Assembly (NCBI GenBank): GCA_951406725.2
Contig: OX597838.1
Coordinates: 42,780,001-42,844,000, forward strand
From: Octopus vulgaris
Taxonomy: Eukaryota
Reading direction: 5' to 3'
Length of the DNA stretch: 64,000 nucleotides
This document shows, in pieces, positions 37,796-50,795 of the stretch (positions are counted from its first letter, which is position 1; the number at the start of each line of letters is the position of its first letter). A program made the position numbers and the translations under genes. The notes beneath the pieces are model-generated. The model was not told the DNA's origin. It did no database searches and saw only the letters and a program-made list of their open reading frames with translations.

Positions 37796-40083
37796 AACAA
37801 TAATCTGAGATCTAACCTTGTCCCTTCTTGGTTTTTACCCTTCAGTCATCACATGATACTTCAGACATCGAAGACTGACCAAGGAACAAAAAGAGAACCC
37901 GAATATAACAGAGCTTTTCAAGACATACGAGCAACACAGGATCACCAGACAAGGTGTGTGTGTGTGTTAGTATTCACACGTGTGTGTTTGGGGTACAAGG
38001 AATTAATGACATTAATTAAACAAACGAGAAAGTGAACGGAGATTTATTTAATGTTCTCTCCTGTCACAGAGTTATTTTAACAAACAAGTCGTTAAGAAAT
38101 TAATCCCATTATAATGCTGTCTTATCACAAATATAGGCCAGGCCAGTCCAGTCTTAAACCCATTAGCAGTTTCACTTCGATACAAGTGGTGTTTACGAAA
38201 GAGCTTTACACAGAGTATTGATGTTGTTGTTGTTACACAATGGAGGGATTGACCACCTCTACAACTGTTGTAATAAAGTAACCAATACTGGCCAGTACCA
38301 CTGACCATCACTGTAATTGCTGCAAGACTGACCAGTACTATAACGAAATATTGTTAAGCATTTTGTCCAGTGTCCCCATTAATTAGCATGCCGGACATAA
38401 TAATTAACCTGTATTACGATTATTGTCATCATCAATTTAACGTTCACTTCTCAATGCTTGCATGGGTTAGATTGAATCTGTGGAGGTTGATTTTCTATGG
38501 TTGGATGCTCTTCCAGTCACCAACCTTCACCTGTTTTCAAATAAGGTAAATATTTCCTTATGGCCAGACATGTTGACATGGAAGACTGGAAATGAAGGAC
38601 CACCTCTTGAATGATGGTGATGCTCATTTACAACTCTCGTGATATCAAAACAAAGACACACACCCACACATGACAAGCTTCTTTCAGTTTCCATCGATCA
38701 AATCCACTCACATGGTTTTTGGCTAGCCTGGGGCTATAGTAGAAGACATTTGCCCAAGGTACCACCCAGTGGGACTGAACCTGAAACCACACTTGTGTCA
38801 AGAGAGTTATGTGTTGTTTAGCAATGAAGTACTGATTCAACACAAAGCCAAGATCCACTAATTAAAGCTGTAGATGATTTAATTAACCCTGGTATATTAC
38901 AGATACTTATCCATGCACTACTCATGAAATGCTAAGTCAATCTTGGTGGAATATGGAGTTGCCAATGTAACAAGATGAGAGTCAGTACAACAACCTACCG
39001 AACGTTTGGCCATATTGCTTGTCCTAGGAACCAGAATATTATTGCAGTATCTTGGCATTTTCTATTTCCAATGAGCTTTTGAAGTTTACAAGAATTTCAG
39101 CTGTCAATTTTGACTTGCGCCTTCACTGACAGGATATTTCAACTAAGCAGACAAAGGAATTGATTTCTTAGCATTTTCAAAGAGTACTGAATGAAGTAGA
39201 AAGCAAATAAGTGGCAAAGTAAGCACAGACTGAAGCCTTTCATATGAGAAATTCCATCCAAACAGCAGCTTCCTTGAATGCTCTCTTCTTCATTAATAAA
39301 TAGGTAACACTTGACAGATTGACAACATGCCGACAATTAAAGCCAGAAGTCAACTGACAAAGGAGGAAGAGTGGGGGTGGGGGTGGGAGGAGTGGAGAAG
39401 AGAACTAAGAGAGTGCGGGGTCGGGGACAGGAGGGAATTAAAGAAGAAACCAGTTTAATAAGGATTTGTGGATTAAAAGCAACATTTTACAAAGACAATG
39501 AAAATGTGGAGATTAATGATGCAGGAAGGAACAGAAAGACAGAAAACAAAGTGTTTTCATGAAGTAGTTTGGGAATTGGTTCTCGGACAAAGAAACACTG
39601 GCCTTCACACATTCGGAAGAACTTTGATCCAATAAACAAAGGAAGAAAAAAATAAATAAAAGAACCTCCCACCACCACCACTCCACCTTCCACCTGTCAG
39701 TTTGTTAATAAAAATCACTTTGAATATATGATTAGTTATGCAAATATTGAACAGCCTAAACGATTGAAATCATGCAATTAACCACAAAATGCAATTCACT
39801 AAATTTTGCATAATAGGCTACAAATTATATTTAAATATTGTTAATAAGGAAGGAATTCCAACCACGTTTCGTGGTTTGCTACCTCAGCAGCTCCTTTATA
39901 GGATCCAGTGGCTAAAGACATCATAAGGAGGAACCATGTCCGGTTTCGGCCCCTACTCCTCTACTATTTTTGACGTGGCGGAGCCTCCCCCTTTCATGTG
40001 ACTTCAGCTCTGGTGTTGAGTGCATTTCTTCTTTCTTCTGTTGCCTGGCCTCTTTGATGCAGCGTCAATGAGTGTCCGCAGGC

Positions 40084-40116
40084 GACTGACCATCCGGCCA
40101 AGTTTCCCTTTAAATA
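40084..40116 (-). promoter_or_regulatory. Candidate TATA-like + Initiator core promoter
   Basis: Minus-strand TATTTAAA (40116-40109) starts 29 nt upstream of the A of TCAGTC (40087). An E-box CACGTG lies upstream. Confidence 0.35.
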
Positions 40117-40208
40117 CTTGCCGGTAGGCTCCAGCAGCCAGCACCAGCTAACTGTCACACGTGCTTTTGTTGGACATTTAAAAAAAATATTCCTTTTATT
40201 GCTTTCAG

Positions 40209-41741
40209 TCATCATCATCATCATCATCGTTTAACGTCCGCTTTCCATGCTAGCATGGGTTGGACGGTTCAACTGGGGTCTGGGAAGCCCGAAGGCTGCA
40301 CCAGGCCAGTCAGATGTGGCAGTGTTTCTACAGCTGGATGCCCTTCCTAACGCCAACCACTCCGAGAGTGTAGTGGGTGATTTTATGTGCCACCGACACA
40401 GGTGCCAGACGAGGCTGGCAGACGGCCACGCTCGGATGGTGTTTTTTATGTGCCACTGACACAGGTGCCAGACGAGGCTGGCAGACGGCCACGCTCGGAT
40501 GGTGTTTTCTTATGTGTCACCAACACAGGTGCCAGACGAGGCTGGCGGACGGCCACGCTCGGATGGTGTTTGTTACGTGCCCTCAGCACGGAGGCCAGTC
40601 ATTGCGGTACTGGCTACGGTCACGTTCGGATGGTTTTCTTATGTGCCACCGGCACTGGTACCACAAGGATACAAATTCCATTGATGTTCATCTATTTTGA
40701 TTTGGTTCGATTTGATTCAATACGATTCGATTCTCACTTGCCTCAACAGGTCTTCACAAGTGTCACAAGAAGGAAGGTATGCACAGGTGGGCTGACTACG
40801 TCCCAGGTAGGGGCCACGGATTATGGCTTCACTAGTCTTGCCGGGTCTTCTCACGCACAGCATACTTCCATAGGTCTCGGTCTCTAGTCATTTCCATGGT
40901 GAGACCTAACGTCCGAAGGTCGTGCTTCACCACCTCGTCCCAGGTTTTCCTGGGTCTACCTCTTCCACGGGTTCCCTCAACTGCTAGGGATTGGCACTTT
41001 CCCACACACCTATCTTCATCCATTCTCGCCACATGACCATACCAACGCAATCGTCTCTCTTGCACACAACAACTGATGCTTCTTAGGTACAACATTTCTC
41101 TCAAGGTACTAACGCTCTGTCGAGTAAGTACACTGACATTACACATCCATCGGAGCATACTGGCTTCGTTCCTCACGAGCTTACGCATGTCCTCAGCAGT
41201 CACGGCCCATGTTTCACTGCCATGTAGCATAGCTGTTCGTACACATGCATCATACAGTCTGCCTTTTACTCTGAGCGAGAGGCCTTTAGTCACCAGCAGA
41301 GGTAAGAGCTCCCTAAACTTTGCCCAGGCTATTCTTATTCTAGCAGTTACACTTTCAGCGCACCCACCCCCACTACTGACTTGGTCACCTAGATAGCGGA
41401 AGCTATCAACTACTTCTAGTTTTTCCCCCCGGAAAGTGACAGAAGTTGTTTTCTGCAGATTTTCGGAGGTCAATGCTCCAGAGCACCTGCCACATACAAA
41501 AACTATCTTCCCAGTTAGCCTACCTTTGACATTGCTGCACCTCTTATGTGTCCATAGCTTACACTGGGTACATGTTATAGAGTTTCTACCTACACCTTTT
41601 CTACAGATCGAGCAGGGCCATCTTCCTGAGGATATTTGTGGGTTTTCTACCTTTCTACTTATTAGTACTTTGGTTTTAGCTAGGTTGACTCTAAGGCCCC
41701 TCGATTCTAAACCCTCCTTCCACACCTGGAACTTCTCAGTA
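40209..41741 (-). mobile_element. Young 5'-truncated RTE-clade LINE with about 300 uninterrupted codons (RT C-terminal half)
   Basis: From about 41740, ORF 40832..42034 reads GLRVNLAKTKVL, a C4HC3 finger, VDSFRYLG, AMLHGSETW, RRLRWYGHVARM, RGRGRPRKTW. It has a tandem-repeat 3' UTR and a (GAT)n tail. The first ~97 aa of the ORF are read-through of flanking DNA. Confidence 0.95.
40384..40660. repeat. About 63-65 bp tandem repeat (3 close copies plus degenerate units) in the RTE 3' UTR
   Basis: The unit atgtgccaccgacacaggtgccagacgaggctggcagacggccacgctcggatggtgttt is repeated. Confidence 0.9.
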
Positions 41742-43332
41742 AAAGAACAAAGGTATAATGTGAGAGAGAGAGAGAGAGAGGGAGAGGGGTAGAGAGGGAG
41801 AGAGAGAGATGAGAGAAGCTGACTCAAAGAGACAAGGGACTGTGACAATGAACGGGATAACATGGCACTATATGTGCAGCATATCCACAGATGTGGTCCT
41901 TTCCTTGACAAACAGATATCTTTTGATGACCCATGTTCATGTGGATGCCATCTCCAACACCAACCACTTGACAGAATGTACTGGGTGCTTTTTATGTGAC
42001 GCCAGCAGCAACACCAACACTTTTTATGTGGCACTTGGGTCTTAGGACATCATTTCTGTTGTGGTGGGCAAGTCTTCCTCAGCACAGTATTGTGCCAAAT
42101 ATCTCGGTCCTCTGACATCATCTTTATAAGGTTCAGCATTTTCAGATCAGCCTCTAATGTTTCATTCTACGTCTTGCTGGGTTTCTCTCTACCACATCTC
42201 CCCTCCACTTGAGGTCGACTTTGCCTTTTATCCTTTTGGGGTTGCTAAAATAAGTACTTGTTGAGCACTGGGGTCAAAGTAATTGACTTACACATTCCCT
42301 TAAAATTGCTGGCCTTGTGCAAAAAATTGAAACCGTTGTTGTTGTTGTTATTAGCTCTGCCTTAGTGAAGGGGGGGGGGGGGTATTGTTTCCAGTTGCGT
42401 TTGTTTGTTTGTCTGTGGGACAAGATATCTCAAGAACCGCTGGATGGATTCAGATGACACTTTCAGGGATGTTTGGCCTTGGGACTGGCACAAACTGATT
42501 AGATTTGGAGAACGATCCAGTACCCGACAAGGATTCTGGTTATTATTATTATTATTAACATTTATTAATTGAATAGCACAACTGTATAATTGCTGATATA
42601 AATTTTACTAAAAATATCAATACCTCTTGTAATGGACTTTGTTAAACAGAGAGAGAGAGAGAGAGAAATTATACGATGGGCTCCAACACAGTCTGCCTGC
42701 CATGTGGGATTTTCATTTTTTAATGCTGATCAGAAAGAAGTGGCTAATTTTCCAGAAGGAGACATTAAGAATTAGACAGAGCTTTGCAATATGACCAAGA
42801 ATTTGCAGAGCAATAGAACTCTTGAACCATGTGGTTGGGCAGCAAACTTTATCACACAGCCATGCCTGCACCCATGTGGCTAAATAATATTTATACATTT
42901 AAGGTGGCGAGCTGGCAGAAATGTTAGCATGCTGGGCGAAATGCTTAGCGGTATTTCGTCTGTTGTTACGTTCTGAGTTCAAATTCCACCGAAGTCAACT
43001 TTGCTTTTCATCCTTTTGGGGTTGATAAATTAAGTACCAGTTGTGTATTGGGGGTCAACCTCAAAAATTTCAGGCCTTGTGCCTAGAGTCAAAAAAAATA
43101 TTTATAAATTTAATTCCCAATTTGTGTAATTATTCTGCTATGACATGGACTCATTTCCCTCTGTATCCTTTTCTGCCCCCATTTCAGCACTCTCTGGCTT
43201 CAGAAATAAATTCTAGAATAACAGCAAGCACTTAAAGGCAGCCTTAGGATTTATAAAGTTCTGCTCACTTGACTTAGTGACACAATAGCACTCAGTTTAT
43301 TTTGTGTGTGTGAGAGAGAGAGAGAAAAGAAA

Positions 43333-43481
43333 AAGGAGGTAATCAGAATTTTAGATAATTATTTATTTAGTACTTTCATCTCGTTACATGAGATTAATCA
43401 GGCATCTCATTCCTGATTGAATCTCTGAAACAAGATGAAAATGCTAAATAAATAATTATCCAAAATTCTGACTACCTCCTT
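43333..43481. repeat. Long imperfect palindrome with about 70-bp arms
   Basis: aaggaggtaatcagaattttagataattatttatttag...aatcagg / cctgatt...ctaaataaataattatccaaaattctgactacctcctt, with a 9-nt loop. Confidence 0.9.
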
Positions 43482-45885
43482 CTTCTTGATATATCAAATC
43501 TGTACACCACTTCAAACAATCTACACACACACACGTAAACGGAGATATTGTAATTAACACGGCAATGAACTGGAATGCACACCTAATATGTACTGGAAAA
43601 CTTCCTACAGGTTCAAACACGTGATTCTAACATGAGATTACTTTCCCACTGAGATGTACAACAGATTTCGTGTAGTAGTCCTCATCCTAATACTGTAATA
43701 TCATCATCATCATCATTTTTCATGCTCGTAAGCTGGAGAGCTGCACCAGGTGCCAATTGCGTGTTTTGGCATGGTCTCTACAGCTGGATGCCCTTCCTAA
43801 TGTCAACCACTTTACAGAGTGCACTCAATGCCTATCATGTGGCACCAACATGGGTGCTTTTTATGTGGCACCAGAATGGATATTTTTTACGTGATGCCAG
43901 CACAGAAGCTTTTTACGTGACACCAGTCTCATATAATTTTTGTTTTTATAACAAATTGTGCTCAAAAGCAAAATACTTTAGTTGAAAGAAAATGAGACAA
44001 GTTTATATTTGGTACATTTAGAGAAATTAAAACCACTTTCCTTCTTCAGATTTCTATTTCTTCAAAAAAAAAACCCAACAAACATGAAAGGATTTGGAAT
44101 CAACAAATTTGGCTGATGCTGTAGAAATGTCTTTTCGTGATATCTTTGTAGAAAGTAATGTAATGCAGAGAGAGGGTGAGGGGGGAGAGAAAGAGAGGGA
44201 GAGAGAGAGGGGGAAGGACAAAGTGGAAATGTTGCACTAACTTAAAATTAGGTGTCTGTAACTGAAATCTTCAATAATAAATGAAACTTGAAAACCACTT
44301 TTGATAAAAAATATACTAAAGTTATCATTTTTAACAATTTTCTAAACAGTGCTTCTTTTAGTAATAGTTAGACATTCCAGACTAATTAATAAGTAGCTTT
44401 CTTTATTATAGTATAGATAACGATAATTAGTGACTGCTGTTTCATGTAACATGACTTCTAAGCTGATATAATCAGAACTGCGTTTTATGTTTATTTGTAG
44501 ACATGTCTATGATGCGTCTCTGTTCACATCTTTCGTTTTGCTTTCAGAGATCAACATGGAAGTCGTATCAAGTCAACACTGAGTGTTTGGTGAAAATATT
44601 TTGGCTTGCAGAGGTTAAAGTTCAAACTGTTGTTTAGTCATAGAATTGCCAACAGGAAATCACTGCAGTGTGTCTGTCTCCAGAGAATCCAAAAATTAGC
44701 AGATTTCCCAGGAGCAACTGCTCATAGGCAGTTTAAACCTTTGCTGACCAGATTCCTAACCAGAATACATTCCTTATGTGTGTTTTAATTAATTTTGAAA
44801 ATAATTAATCGGTTTAGTAAAATAACCAAGTACATCATTAATCCTTTACATACAAACCTGAGATCGCTTCTGTGCCTATGATACCAACTTTGTTGTTTTA
44901 AAGTGATCTAGATTAAAACACTTCTTCAAAATTCCATGTTAATTTAAATTCCAAATATTAGTTTAATAACGACAAAGTCGTTTTACTATATTCTTCATAG
45001 TTCCAAAACTGATGGAAGCAAAGACAGTATATGCTAGCAGTAATGTAGTAGCAAAAGGGTTACGCTGATGTCTGGAAGGTTTAATTGAAATATTAAAATG
45101 TGCAATTTTATATCAAAGAACCAGAAGAAGTCCCACACAGGATGGTATAAGAAGGGGGAAAAAAAGGGATTTAAGTTCATATTGATCCAATTAATCTATA
45201 GTAATCACTCAAAACTGACTGAACCCATAACAGACAAGAGTTAAAGATGAGGACTGCTTGAGATCCTGGTTCCACTGAACAGGTTAACGAAGGCTGCTAG
45301 CAAACCTATTTACTGTTCTACATAAAAACAATGCAGCAAGTGGAACGGGAGGTGAGTCTGATTGAGTTGACAGAGGTGTCAGCATTGCCATCAAATAACT
45401 GACAGGTGGAATCCCACTACACAACTCTCGACAGTTCTGTTAAGCTGCTTCCTTTTCCATTGCTGCACAAATCACACGTCCACAAGAAACAATCAGACGA
45501 GGCTAATGTTTCTTGGGAACTGACTTCCAATGACTGAAAATACATCCAAACAAAAATTTTCTTTTCTTCTTTCGTTTTTTTGGGAAGAAAAAAGACCAAT
45601 TATACTTCGTAGAAAATAAATTATACTGAATAAATTGAGTGTTATTGTTAATAAATTCTTAGAAAATTAAAAGTTCTGAAATGAAACAAAACAAATGAAA
45701 ACATCCAATCCTCCCCCCCCCCTTCCACACAAGTTATCTCTGTGTAATATTAGAAACCAGAAAAATCAACACTTGAACCATTTTCAATCAGCCTTGCAGT
45801 GAAATAATGGAAGATTTCAATTCTTCTCATGCTTTTCTTTGTTTTCCATTCACAGCAAAAACAAAAATACAATTTGTTTTGTTTT

Positions 45886-45890
<5 letters not shown>

Positions 45891-45943
<53 letters not shown>

Positions 45944-45948
45944 GTATG

Positions 45949-45981
<33 letters not shown>

Positions 45982-45986
45982 GTATA
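45891..45986. repeat. (TA)n/(TATG)n microsatellite (representative of many CA, GA, TA and CAT tracts)
   Basis: Direct reading. Others at 8833-8970, 14123-14160, 30906-30965, 33932-33977, 36411-36442, 63665-63694. Confidence 0.95.
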
Positions 45987-48900
45987 TTGTTGAATCCTGG
46001 TTGAAAATTCATTCAATTTTTCCTTTACTTAAATCAAACCAACAAGATAATAATATGCAGTTTAGTTGTTTAGATTTTAAATTACTTTTTCTTTCTTTCC
46101 CACTGTTTTGCTTTGATAAACAAACAAACAAAAAAAGAACGAAAGGAAGAAAGAAAGAAAGAAAAAATTCTGTTCAAAATATTAAAATGATAGAAAGAAA
46201 AGAGAAGAAGCAGAGTATAATAATGCTATTTCTATAAATGGAAAAAATTATATTGCGTTTTTGTATTTTTTTTTTTTTTTTTACATTATCTTTGTTTTCA
46301 GTTTTTAATACAAATAAGTACAGAAAAAGGAAAATGCAAAGCATTTAAATACAGTCTACTACTATTACTACTACTACTACCACCACCACCATTACTGCTG
46401 CTGCTGCCTCACCTCCACTACTATTACTACTACAACTACTATCACCACCACCACCACCCATCATCATCACTATTAGTACTGTTACCATAACATTTTAGAG
46501 AATATTTCCAAAACACAAGACGTTCAAAAACCTAAAAGATTTCTCAATTGCAAAGTCCAAGAGTCTGTGAAAATCAATGAATATTTTTCATTGTGAAACT
46601 CGTTTAGAATTTGGCAAAATGAACTTAATTGAAATAAATGAGTAATAAAGTGGATGGGGGGGGGGGGACTAGAAATAAGAACATTATCAAATGAGGGAGA
46701 AACTGTAAGAAGTTGTTGTGTGGTTAAGAAATATGTTTCACAACCATATATTCTGGGTCAGGGTTCAGTCCCACTGCACAGCACCTTGAGTAAATGGCTT
46801 CTATTATAGCCCCAGGCTGACCAATGACATGCGAATAGATTTGGTAGAGGGAAATTGAGTGGAAACCTGTCCTGAGCAACCTGCAGCCCACGGGATTTTC
46901 TCAATAGCAAACCAACAAAAATTTACCTTGAATTTTGTTTTAGTGGTGTGGCCCACCTGATGATGTTGAGCTGTATCTCATTGTGGCTTGGTTCTCAAAA
47001 AAGACTGTCCATGCCAAGAGTAAACAATATTGGACAAGAGTAGGGTGGGAAATGATTTCCAGAAAGAGAATGGAGGGAAAAACCTTTCCAAATATTTCTT
47101 TCCCAAAATGTTCCCAAGAAACCAGTGTCAATTAGTTATCCTCATCACTCAAAATGCTTGATGACAAATCTCAGTCACTGCTAATCCAGTCTATAACAAA
47201 GCTGCAGAATCACAGACACCATAGCAGTGTGTTTCAATGATCTACGGTTGTTGGAACCATAAGATCCTGATAGTGTTTCTATGACCAATGTTTGGAATCA
47301 TAGATACCATAAGATTTGTGCTTCCGTGATCTTTGTCTGGAACAAATAGGCCAACCTGTGCTACTCCGGATTAACAAACAATAAAATACAACATTTGACA
47401 GAGGATTAGGATTACAGCTGACTCATACAGAACTGCATGTATGGAAGACCATAATATATACAAACACACACACATCACTGTATTGAATAGATTATTTGAT
47501 ATGTTTATATCCCATTAGTCATATGATGCTGCCCTGCTGGGGTGAGCAGGCCAAATCCCCCTTGAACACAATACCCAATCCATTGCTGAGTTCCCCACTT
47601 CTTGCACCTGAGTGGATTGGAGCACCATGAAATTAAGTATTTTGTTAAAGAAAACACACCACTCATCTGGGAATTGAAACCACAATCTTTGTGATCACAA
47701 ATACAACACTCTAACCACTAGGCCACACACCTCCAAAATATACAATCATATATATATATATATCTCAGGGACATGCTGCCTGGGTAGGCAAGGTAGGCAG
47801 TGCCTAACCTGAATAAAACAGATCAATAGTAACATTTTCTTTTTATGGCAAAATATGCACCTAATTTAATAAAATTATGAAGATTACTCTGATTACTATG
47901 CATAAAATACAAAATATTTTACTTTTTTGTAGATTAGGTAAGCATAAGTTCGACCCTTGCCTTTCAATCTCAGTATTTAAGCTATGCGTAGGACTGCTGT
48001 AGTACACATGCTACGTACATTCCTATAACACCGTTTTCTTTACGTGCTAAAAAGGCAAAAGTAAATCTGCCTCCAATTCAGTCGCATGCCTGTGTTTCAT
48101 TTGTTTCTTTGTGTGTTTTACTACATAGACATCACCAACTGCCTACCCTGAATAATTACTGATGGCACACACACACACACACATATATATATATGTAGTG
48201 GATCTTGCAGGCATGAAGCGGATTTGATCTACCTTAGCCAAATTTAAATTAACAATTCAACAGAACTTTTCTCATGGTGGAACAACATTTTTTTCTCTGA
48301 CAGCAGTTTCACATTTTGCCAGATTGCCTTTAGTTAGGCCGTAGTAATAATGTGTTCACCACTTGACTCTTATAACTTCTTCTACTTCACCAAAAGCTAG
48401 AATAGAGATATCACAGTATCACCAACAAAGCCTATTGTTCTCAACGATATGTCTATCCTGGATAGTTATAAAAACAAGAACCCGCAAGCAAAAGACAGTT
48501 AGTCACTTTGGTGAGTTGAGAGAGAGTTGAGTTAGTGAACCGACTAGAATCATGGAGGCAGGCAGACAAAACGGCCAGAGGGAAAAAGAAAAACAACGTC
48601 CCACACCGTCTTACTAGCTCTAATTTTGTTCTCTTACAACATCATTCTATCTCTCTCTGTAATTACTACTAAACAATGACAAGAACACAAACACAAACTA
48701 CGCAAGGAAAATCTACATCTACCTTTACTTTGCATGCTTTATGATTTTTATCACCTGCCTGTTGAGGCAAGGTAATATATTCAATGTAACGGTTAAATAA
48801 ATATTTTCTTAAAACTTCAAGCATTGTCCATCTTTCACATCTTACGACTATTTAATAAATTTTTATCTTTACAACTGCTGACTCTGACATTTCATATTTT

Positions 48901-50358
48901 TGTGTACCTAATCAATCTTACTTATTACAATTAATTAAAACCTAACCGTTCCATATATATAATGATTCTGCACATTGCCACAGGTGCAATTCTGTTGCAG
49001 CAGAAGTGAATTCAGTCCCACGTGGCTGTGTTTCATTTTTATGTGTGACATGACATTTACAACAGCAATATCCACATAAACTGTGTAGTCACATGTCCAC
49101 CTCATCCTCCATACTTGGTCATTTGCAGGGATATGTGTTCGTCCGTGAATGCCAAGCCCAAACCAAGGGTCACTGGGTAAGTTGCAATGTAGGGTTTTGT
49201 GGACCTCTTTCTTTTTCAGTAAAAGCCTGCAACTTACGTAGTAGTATCCATGGTAATACGATATCATCATCATCACCATAATTTACTGTTCGTTTTCCAT
49301 GCTTGGGCATAGTTTCTATGACTGGATGCCCTTCCTAATGCCAGCCATTTTACAGAGTGTACTGGGTGCTTTTTATGTGGCACCAGCACAAGGGATATCC
49401 CCATGTAACTCGTAAGACAAGGTCCCTCAACTGAGAGGGGGTGTAGTAGGGAAGGAAGTAGTTTTATGCCCGGTGCTGAGATAGAAGGATAAAAACAGGT
49501 GATTTGTTGGAGGAGAGAGGCCAAGTTCCTCCAGTTGGAAAAACAGAAAAGATGGTGGAGAAGACATGTGAGGGAGGATTTAACTCTCTCTCGAGTGTGT
49601 GTAAATATAAATGGCAAAATATCCAACAGGAACTCTGATGATTTAACAAGTACAGGTGCTTAACTCAGTTTTCGTGCTATTGAGCAAAGGAAAAATAAGT
49701 CCTTTCCGAGAAATGATGCTCATTGATGTTAAGTATGTACCATGTGTTACATATTCTTAACAGCTGGGAGCAACCACAGTATATAAAATTAAGGGCCTTG
49801 TCCTGCACTGATATGAAAGAAATAAGGTGACTACGATAGAACTGTGCTTAAAAAAGCTATGGACTGAGAGTGTAATACTTAATCTAGTCCATTATTTTAC
49901 ATCTACTGTCATGTGAGTACAAAGACCTGGTACCGTCTAAGCCAAGATTACAGTAGTAACAGTAACAATAGTAGTAGTAGTAGCAGCAGCAGCAGCATGT
50001 TTACAAGCACATCAGTGATTAGAACAGCTTATGTTAGTAATTTTTCACCACACCAAAATCAGCATCGATATTTGGCGAGATTTCAAAAACTTTGAAATGC
50101 AGCCAAAGCAACACAAACTCCACCAGAAGTTTCAATTGAAAGGAGAAAAAAAAGGGAAAAAATGAATACTGGCAGCTTTGTAGTATTTTTGATGTGGGTC
50201 TTTAAAAGGGAATAAGGTCCTTCAGCCAATGTAAAACAGATGAAGGTTGCATGCCCCGCTATGGTCGATGAATTCATTCATAGTGTACACCAGAGCATTT
50301 CTAAGGTGTAGCTTTGTGTTAACAAACATAGAATTTTAGTCTAATTGGGGAAAGTTGA

Positions 50359-50795
50359 TTAACCTTTCTGACACCAACACAACTGAGGCTGCTCCTGGGC
50401 CGATGACAGGAACTTGCTGTTCTAATTGATCTAAATTTAACTCGTTAGCATTCAAATGGAATACTTATTCATTCACGTTGTTTTCTATTCATTATCTCAT
50501 AGATTTGAGACTTTGACTATGTGATTGTTATTTTTAGAATGATATTGTAGGGGAGGTGGGAGAGGCCAGATCTGGCTGGCTTGAACAAAAAACAGGGAGA
50601 ATGTTTGGGGGTGGATATGGGGGCCAGTTTAAATGCTAAAGGGTTAAATTTCCCATAAAAAATTTCACGCTGATTTCTGTCCCAAACACCAGCTTCATAA
50701 TGCGAAAATTGTTTTACGAAATTCTTCCTTATTTTAAAACTTAATTGAAACAAAGGCAGCGCATTTCAACAGGAATATGGTAACAAACTGATTAA
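50359..50795. mobile_element. Nested piggyBac-type MITEs
   Basis: The outer element (ttaacctttctgacaccaac...taacaaactgattaa, related to about 44840-45062) is interrupted at a TTAA by an inner element at 50438-50647. Confidence 0.6.

Noticed and set aside
39880-39930. C/D-box snoRNA-like ATGATG...CTGA on the minus strand, or an HDV-like fold on the plus strand
   Set aside because: Too short with an imperfect C box, and the HDV P1/P1.1 pairings could not be built.
40384-40660. Regular repeats superficially like a CRISPR array
   Set aside because: Head-to-tail tandem units with no unique spacers, inside an RTE 3' UTR, in eukaryotic DNA with no cas genes.
41742-42034. N-terminal ~97 aa of the 400-aa ORF
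   Set aside because: Chance read-through of a GA microsatellite and an unrelated repeat upstream of the truncated RTE.
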